IMG/VR virus record: IMGVR_UViG_3300050166_000025
Coordinates: 64,001 to 128,000 of that record
From: a virus
DNA length: 64,000 nucleotides
Reading direction: 5' to 3' (one strand)
Shown: positions 58,061 to 64,000 of the stretch, piece by piece
Layout of the letters: the number at the start of each line of letters is the position of its first letter
How positions within the stretch are numbered: position 1 is the stretch's first letter
Notes under the pieces: generated by a model
The model's input: the letters and a program-made list of their open reading frames with translations, nothing else
The model's database searches: none
Told to the model about the DNA's origin: nothing
Made by a program: the position numbers and the translations under genes

Positions 58061-58939
58061 ATGACAAAACGAGCGATATGGGTTCTGGAAAATGTGGATA
58101 AAAATCCGGCTTTTTATAGTAGCGTGAATACATTAATGCTCATGTCGAGTGTCATTAATTGGAAGAGATGGAATAATACGGCTACTGTTTTATATGTTGA
58201 CAAGTTGACGCATAACCACTTACGCGACCTAGACCTATTATCTCACTGGGATCATGTTAATGTTACTCTTCTAGAGCAGCCGACTACAATTGATAAGGTT
58301 GCGTTCTGGAGTTCTTCAAAACTACGTGTCCTATTACAACAGGAAGAGCCAGTAATCATGGTCGACTATGACTTTATTACCTTTACTAATTTAACTGATC
58401 CTTCGCCAGCTTCAAACTTTGTCTACTCGCATGATGAGGATGGAGATTTTGCATACCCTGGAGCAGCGGATCAATTTATCAAATCATGTAAATGGTCTAT
58501 ACCCGATTATTTAAAGTGGTCTATTAATAATGACGCCATTAACGTATCTTACTTATGCTTTAACGATATTAATTTTCAGAAAGAGTATGCAACGCATAGC
58601 CTAAACTCTATGGAAGAATTGTCGAGCTTAAAGGCTCCGAAAGGAAATTATGTTTGTTTCGCAGAGCAAAAGATATTGAAGCAACTTGCTCTACACAAAG
58701 AGATTGAGCATACACCTCTAATTAAGAACAGGTTTCATGCAGTGAAAGGTGTTTGGCATGAAGACCAGTTTATAGAAACAGGGCTCTGGAGTAAAGATGA
58801 AATGCATACTAAATTTATTCATTATGGACAAACCAAGCATGCTATACAAAAAGATGGAATTGAATTTAGATTTCTATGCAATAGCGTAAAGTCTAAAATC
58901 AATTCCACCACACTAGATAGAATTATTGCTATTCAGTAA
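58061..58939 (+). CDS. putative GT-A fold glycosyltransferase
   Basis: FWSSSKL...VIMVDYDFI (DxD), AINVSYL, FAEQKIL, FIHYG; only credible plus-strand gene; AATATATA-ACCT-ATG. Confidence 0.6.
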   Translation: MTKRAIWVLENVDKNPAFYSSVNTLMLMSSVINWKRWNNTATVLYVDKLTHNHLRDLDLLSHWDHVNVTLLEQPTTIDKVAFWSSSKLRVLLQQEEPVIMVDYDFITFTNLTDPSPASNFVYSHDEDGDFAYPGAADQFIKSCKWSIPDYLKWSINNDAINVSYLCFNDINFQKEYATHSLNSMEELSSLKAPKGNYVCFAEQKILKQLALHKEIEHTPLIKNRFHAVKGVWHEDQFIETGLWSKDEMHTKFIHYGQTKHAIQKDGIEFRFLCNSVKSKINSTTLDRIIAIQ

Positions 58940-60725
58940 AAGTTAAATTTACTCTACCTTCCTGAGCACCATATCTACAAGGAGCATCTATTGGATAAGA
59001 AGGATTAAAGTTATAAGCCCAATCCTCGATGCCGAAATCAATTTCAAATCTTTTCTTAATGTCTTCGTTATAATATTGAGCAATAGTTTTAACTCTTCTC
59101 TGAATGTCAGCTCTGGTTAAGTCCTGTGTATTCATTTCATATCCATCATTATATAAAAATTGAACATATAAAGTTCTAGGAATATGAACCATTGTCGTGT
59201 TTAAGAACGTTCTAACAATTAATTCATAATCATCGGCAATAGTTAAGCCTCTTGCGTGACCACCGATCGCAAAATAAGTGGATCTTCTCCATGCTCTAAT
59301 ATGATTAGGAACTCCAACGATGTGTCTAATTGTTTTTGGATTAACTCCAACCGTAACTGAAGATTGAACCTCTTTTCCGAATACATTATCGGTTCTATAT
59401 GAACCATATCCTAGGGCGAATCCTTCTCCATATATGTTAGAATTCCAGTTTAGATCTACTTCAGGCGCATCTGAGTAAAAGAAGCCTGCCTTTGGAAATT
59501 TAACAGAAGCTTTATATAAATATTCTGCGCAATCCGTTGTAACTATATCGTCATGATCAAGTTCGGCTAAAATTTCACCTCGACTCATACAACATGCTCT
59601 ATACTTAGCTTCGCCTATCAGACCATTCGATTTTTCTCTGAAATCATAAACTTTAACACGTGGATCGAGAGCTGCAATTTCTTCAGCTATCTTTAGAGTT
59701 AAACCCTCGTCAGATGAGTCATTAACTAGAATCCACTCCCAATTTGTATAAGTTTGATTCTTTAATGATTCATAAGTAAACTTTAATTTATCACCTGTAT
59801 TGTGCATTGGCGTAAAGAAAGAGACTAGATTTGCTCTATTAACGCTTAGCATATTCTTCATCGCTAAAGCATACGCCTTTTGTCCAAGAGATTCATCAAT
59901 TGATTCAGCGTTAAGCCACTTTGATTTTATTTCGGATGTTGCATTCCATAAATTTGAAAAAGAACCAGACTGTTTAGAAATAGTTACTATTGCATCTGGA
60001 TTCCAATCTAATAAAATTTCATTAAGGTCGTTATCATTCTTTTCGTATCTGACTTCTAATTCCGAGGATTCCCAGTCCCATGGGTTATCGGTTGTTAATG
60101 TGGGTTCTTCTTTGCCGATGAATAGGATTCGTGGAAGCCTCGCTTTTTTCATAGGTCTTAATGATTCGTGATTAGAAAGAACCTCTTTGCAAAATACAAT
60201 CTCATTGACTAATTCCTTTGCGATCTGCTGAATTAAAATTCCATCGGCGTTAAATTCATTAACGAATTGATATGTGTCGAATAGATCGGTCTTTAAAATA
60301 TACTGTGAACCATCTACATGGCCTGGTCTTAAATTTTGCAAGAATGCATTTCTAAAAGATTTGCCTCCATTGTACGTCTGTGAAAATACAAAGACAGATT
60401 TGTCTTCTATTCTTTCGATAAAGGTGTTATATAATTCTGGATGAAGTTCAGCGTCACCGCTTAACAAGTATATAAAACCTCCTAAGATACCGTTTATGAC
60501 CTCATTGATTGCAATGTACGTGCTACCTCCTTTAATAAAGTGCAGCTTAATATCCGGATGATTCAATTCGTCTAAAACTATTGCTGGAATATCTTTTAGA
60601 ACTGATGTGTCAAAAATTACATGCCACTCGACATTCTTGTCTTCATCTGTAAAAATAGACTTTTTAATTTTAGATAGATCAGCTGTTTTTTTACAGCGGG
60701 TAATTATGTGTAGTTTGTGTTTCAT
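58929..60725 (-). CDS. glycosyltransferase family 2 (degenerate N-terminal GT-A plus intact C-terminal GT2)
   Basis: VSFFTPMHN, WEWILVNDSSD, AELDHDD, ADDYEL. Confidence 0.85.
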   Translation of the reverse strand: MKHKLHIITRCKKTADLSKIKKSIFTDEDKNVEWHVIFDTSVLKDIPAIVLDELNHPDIKLHFIKGGSTYIAINEVINGILGGFIYLLSGDAELHPELYNTFIERIEDKSVFVFSQTYNGGKSFRNAFLQNLRPGHVDGSQYILKTDLFDTYQFVNEFNADGILIQQIAKELVNEIVFCKEVLSNHESLRPMKKARLPRILFIGKEEPTLTTDNPWDWESSELEVRYEKNDNDLNEILLDWNPDAIVTISKQSGSFSNLWNATSEIKSKWLNAESIDESLGQKAYALAMKNMLSVNRANLVSFFTPMHNTGDKLKFTYESLKNQTYTNWEWILVNDSSDEGLTLKIAEEIAALDPRVKVYDFREKSNGLIGEAKYRACCMSRGEILAELDHDDIVTTDCAEYLYKASVKFPKAGFFYSDAPEVDLNWNSNIYGEGFALGYGSYRTDNVFGKEVQSSVTVGVNPKTIRHIVGVPNHIRAWRRSTYFAIGGHARGLTIADDYELIVRTFLNTTMVHIPRTLYVQFLYNDGYEMNTQDLTRADIQRRVKTIAQYYNEDIKKRFEIDFGIEDWAYNFNPSYPIDAPCRYGAQEGRVNLTFTE

Positions 60726-61684
60726 TATTCTACGTCAAAGAAAAAAAGTTGAAAAAATCTGGCGTTCTCAATAGAATCACCAAAATATTTTGTCGCAGCA
60801 TGGATTCTCTTTGCATTAAAAAGAACTAGTCTATTATAGACATTTGCTGCAGTATCCATTAATTCATACTGAGTTGAATCATAGAAATTAAGATCTTTGC
60901 TTAAGCCCTTAAAGGTTTTATTAAATACTTCATCTGAGTGTGTTCCATCAAACTCTGTTGATCCCGTGTACTTGCTCTTATAGAATGCAGTTCCAGTTTC
61001 TAAAGGTGCATCAGGTGTTAAGAATACCATCGCAGCGTAAGTCTGTGTATCTACGTGGTATACGATCGGATCTAAAGGAGTGCAATATTGAAAGACTCCA
61101 TTTGCGTAATTAACATGATTCCAATTAGTTACTTTTCTACCTATAATTTGTTCGAATCTTTCTTTTGTGCCTTCTACAATAAATCTATCCTGTGTTCTTT
61201 TGCCCTTGTGATAATTCGAGTTAGCGTAATTCATGTTATTGATAGCATGAGTTCTAACTAAATCAGGATCACTGTAAAAATTATCGACAATGATTAAATC
61301 CTTGTGTGTTCGATTAAAACCAGTGTACATTACTGCCCACACTATAAAATTTTCTAGTATCTTTCTCTTTGATCTGTCAGAGAAAGTGACATACATTGGC
61401 ATCGATAATTGTTCTTTAGTTATTTTAAATGAAAAGCCTACACTATCGCTCTTCAATTCAGGATATACTAATTTTACGTCAGGTCTGCTGATAACTGTAT
61501 GCTCTACTCTATCTTCTTCGTTTTCTCCAACCTGAATAGATAAAGCTGAAAGGGATTCACAATGTAACCACCCGGTCACCAGATATGTGGATCCTTCTAA
61601 CTCAACATTATCAATATACATTTTTGTATTGGGATCTAATGTAGTATGATTCATTATAAATTTATTTGAAATGTGAACCGCCAA
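60725..61684 (-). CDS. 2OG-Fe(II) oxygenase-like protein
   Basis: IIVDNFYSDPD, HVD, YAAMVFLTPDAP..TGT.F, NVYNRLVLF..KRIH, R..QLFFF; start could be a downstream Met. Confidence 0.75.
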   Translation of the reverse strand: MAVHISNKFIMNHTTLDPNTKMYIDNVELEGSTYLVTGWLHCESLSALSIQVGENEEDRVEHTVISRPDVKLVYPELKSDSVGFSFKITKEQLSMPMYVTFSDRSKRKILENFIVWAVMYTGFNRTHKDLIIVDNFYSDPDLVRTHAINNMNYANSNYHKGKRTQDRFIVEGTKERFEQIIGRKVTNWNHVNYANGVFQYCTPLDPIVYHVDTQTYAAMVFLTPDAPLETGTAFYKSKYTGSTEFDGTHSDEVFNKTFKGLSKDLNFYDSTQYELMDTAANVYNRLVLFNAKRIHAATKYFGDSIENARFFQLFFFDVE

Positions 61685-62246
61685 CCCAAAGAACTAAAGA
61701 TTTTCTAATTCCTTTGGTTACGGGAGAAACTCTGTGTAACATGTATGATGGAAATAATACAGCAACTCCTTTTCCTCGAGGTGCTCTAAGAGGTGAATTT
61801 CCTCCTGTCCATAGTTCTAAATCTCCTCCTTCATATTCATCTGATTCGCTCAGTTGAACAGTGATTGAAATTTTTCGATGAGACATGTAATCTGATCCAC
61901 AGTCCATGTGCCAAGTGTAATGCCCTGCTTCAGTTGAATGATATTCCGTATATTGTATTAGCTCATTAGCACTATGAAGATCAAAATTCCAAATGGCTTT
62001 GTTTGCTTCCGAAGAAGCTGTTATTATTTTAGAATATAACCAGCTCCACTTATCTTCGTTTGGAATCCAATTGACGCGGGAAGATCTAACACTGACATCA
62101 CTTTCTTGTCCATCGTTTCCAACTCTCGCCGTTTCGACTTTTAAATTTGCTAAATCTTCTTCTAGTTTAGAAATTTCTTCTGGCGTAAAAATATTCTGAT
62201 ACCAGTAATAATTATCGGGTGTATTAAACGGCTGATTGTAATTCAT
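61662..62246 (-). CDS. 2OG-Fe(II) oxygenase, prolyl-hydroxylase-like
   Basis: HYTWHMD, RKISITVQL, YEGGDL, FPSYMLHRVSPVTKGIRKSLVLW; ATG 62246 lies after the terminator. Confidence 0.88.
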   Translation of the reverse strand: MNYNQPFNTPDNYYWYQNIFTPEEISKLEEDLANLKVETARVGNDGQESDVSVRSSRVNWIPNEDKWSWLYSKIITASSEANKAIWNFDLHSANELIQYTEYHSTEAGHYTWHMDCGSDYMSHRKISITVQLSESDEYEGGDLELWTGGNSPLRAPRGKGVAVLFPSYMLHRVSPVTKGIRKSLVLWVGGSHFK

Positions 62247-62278
62247 ATTTATTAAATGGTGTACTATATTTATCAAAC

Positions 62279-62309
62279 AAAAAAAGCTCGGCCTTTCGAC
62301 CGAGCTTTT
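62279..62309 (-). terminator. intrinsic terminator
   Basis: AAAAGCUCGGUC-GAAA-GGCCGAGCUUUUUUU. Confidence 0.88.
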
Positions 62310-62338
62310 CAAGCTTTGGCTTATTTCTTATATAGAAA

Positions 62339-64000
62339 TTAAGCGTTTAGTTTATTTTCAAGAGCTTCTACTTTAGCAGCTAAAGCCTTGATACCTTCAA
62401 TTAATAAAGGAACTATTTTCTCATATTGAACAGTGATGTAGTTTTCACCTGAAATTGAGTTACCATTTTCATCGATATCGAATGGAGCTGGTTTGATAAT
62501 TTCTGGTAAAACTGCTTCAATTTCTTGAGCAATTACACCGACTTGCTTATCAAAGTTCTCATAGCCAAACTTGGCAGCTAATTCATTCTGAGTATAGTAG
62601 ATACCATTAATTTGTGCAATTTTAGATAATGCGTCATTAATGTTTCCTAAGTTATCCTTTAATCTTGCATCTGAATAATATGCGATGATATCACCAGTTG
62701 CTACGATTTGACCTGCTGAACCAGTAGCGCCAGTACCTACACCAAGCGAGTTAACTTGTGCGTTAGAACCTGTTGAGAAGCCACCTGTAGGACCTGTAGG
62801 ACCTGTAGGACCAACAGGACCTGTACCACCTGGAGTACCTGCTGAACCTTGAGCACCTGTAGGACCTGTAGGACCAACTGGACCTGTAGGACCTGTACCA
62901 CCTGGAGTACCTACTGAACCTTGAGCACCTTGAGGGCCAGTAGGACCAGTAGCACCTTGAGCACCTTGAGCACCGTTAGCACCGTTAGCGCCTTGAGCAC
63001 CTTGAGCACCTTGAGCACCTTTAGCGCCAGAAGTACCTGAAGTACCAGTTGTACCGCTTGAACCAATGAGACCTTGCGCACCTGTAGCACCTTGAGCACC
63101 ATTTATACCAGATGTTCCTGAAGTTCCAGTTGTACCTGAAGTACCTGCTGTTCCAGAAGAACCTGAAGTTCCTGATGAGCCAGATGAACCTGAAGTTCCT
63201 GATGAGCCAGATGAACCTGAAGTTCCTGAAGTACCTGTTGTACCTGAAGTTCCAGATGAACCGCTTGAGCCTGAAGTTCCTGATGAACCAGAAGAACCTG
63301 AAGTTCCTGATGAACCGCTTGAGCCTGAAGTTCCTGATGAACCAGAAGAACCATTAGAACCGCTTGAGCCAGAAGTTCCAGTTGTACCTGAAGTACCTGC
63401 TGTTCCAGAAGAACCTGAAGTTCCTGATGAGCCAGATGAACCGTCAGTTCCTGATGAACCTGATGAACCTGAAGTTCCTGCTGTTCCAGAAGAACCCGAA
63501 GTTCCTGATGATCCAGAAGAACCATTAGAACCGCTTGAACCTGATGTACCAGTTGTGCCTGAAGTTCCTGAAGATCCAGATGAACCGCTTGAACCTGAAC
63601 TACCGGAAGTTCCAGCTGAACCGCTTGAACCAGAAGTACCTGCTGTACCGCTTGAACCTGAAGTTCCTGATGAACCGCTTGATCCTGATGAACCAGAAGA
63701 TCCGTCTGTTCCCGATGAACCGTTAGTACCAGAAGAACCGTTAGATCCGTCTGTTCCTGATGTACCAGCTGTACCTGAAGTACCCGCTGTACCGCTTGAA
63801 CCAGAAGATCCAGATGAACCGCTTGAGCCTGAAGTACCTGTAGTACCTGAAGTTCCTGAAGATCCAGATGAACCACTTGAACCTGAAGTACCTGCTGTTC
63901 CTGATGAACCTGAAGTACCTGCTGTTCCTGATGAACCGCTTGAACCTGATGTACCGCTTGAACCAGATGAACCATCTGTTCCTGCTGTTCCTGAAGAACC
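62339..64000 (-). CDS. fibre protein, C-terminal part: G-S/T repeat, collagen G-A-Q/G-P-T repeat, S74 chaperone (start outside window)
   Basis: Manual translation: GSSGTAG..., [27 protein letters not shown]...VGVIAQE...LLIEGIK...KLNA*. Confidence 0.85.
   Translation of the reverse strand, partial: GSSGTAGTDGSSGSSGTSGSSGSSGTAGTSGSSGTAGTSGSSGSSGSSGTSGTTGTSGSSGSSGSSGSSGTAGTSGTAGTSGTDGSNGSSGTNGSSGTDGSSGSSGSSGSSGTSGSSGTAGTSGSSGSAGTSGSSGSSGSSGSSGTSGTTGTSGSSGSNGSSGSSGTSGSSGTAGTSGSSGSSGTDGSSGSSGTSGSSGTAGTSGTTGTSGSSGSNGSSGSSGTSGSSGSSGTSGSSGSSGTSGSSGSSGTSGTTGTSGTSGSSGSSGTSGSSGSSGTSGSSGTAGTSGTTGTSGTSGINGAQGATGAQGLIGSSGTTGTSGTSGAKGAQGAQGAQGANGANGAQGAQGATGPTGPQGAQGSVGTPGGTGPTGPVGPTGPTGAQGSAGTPGGTGPVGPTGPTGPTGGFSTGSNAQVNSLGVGTGATGSAGQIVATGDIIAYYSDARLKDNLGNINDALSKIAQINGIYYTQNELAAKFGYENFDKQVGVIAQEIEAVLPEIIKPAPFDIDENGNSISGENYITVQYEKIVPLLIEGIKALAAKVEALENKLNA

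Noticed and set aside
62247-62312. N-terminal extension of the 2OG oxygenase ORF
   Set aside because: Runs through an intrinsic terminator; ATG at 62246 is preferred
56925-64000. Periodic repeats as a possible CRISPR array
   Set aside because: Codon-phase 9-bp degenerate units without unique spacers, and no cas genes
1-64000. Stop-codon reassignment, tRNAs, introns, inteins, reverse-transcriptase or DGR systems
   Set aside because: Genes are intact and densely packed in the standard code with TAA, TAG and TGA all used as stops; no such motifs recognised by eye (tRNAscan and Infernal not run)

Overview
A 64 kb, AT-rich segment of a large T4-like (myovirus-type, probably jumbo) bacteriophage read in the standard code, with nearly all genes on the minus strand. 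A Bacteroidota host is suggested by a Bacteroidota-like bS1 N-terminus, a Flavobacteria-like bS21, TAnnTTT-type early promoters and the lack of Shine-Dalgarno motifs. Order: a replication/recombination block (UvsW, UvsY, primase, gp32 SSB, RuvC-like); a ~35 kb tail/baseplate/neck block interrupted by an amidoligase and a four-domain ribosomal S1 homologue; an accessory block (dCMP deaminase, head-targeted acidic proteins, GATase-like protein, CxxCH lipoprotein, UvsE, TraR/DksA-finger protein, RNase HII, GIY-YIG endonuclease, PhoH, bS21, DnaJ, Hsp20, three EEYEKC proteins, exonuclease, ATP-grasp); and two Gly-Ser/Thr triplet fibre genes flanking two glycosyltransferases and two 2OG-Fe(II) oxygenases. 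Main findings: (1) a putative late motif AATATATA lies exactly 4 nt before the ATG of seven genes, implying leaderless mRNAs, in a phage carrying its own bS1 and bS21; (2) recurrent promoter-inside-a-hairpin locks over start regions, one with a 12-bp kissing-loop partner; (3) a candidate fibre hydroxylation/glycosylation cassette; (4) T4-like capsid-targeting peptides on enzymes; (5) a triplicated UVR-like EEYEKC family among chaperone genes. All assignments come from motif recognition by eye, with no database searches.
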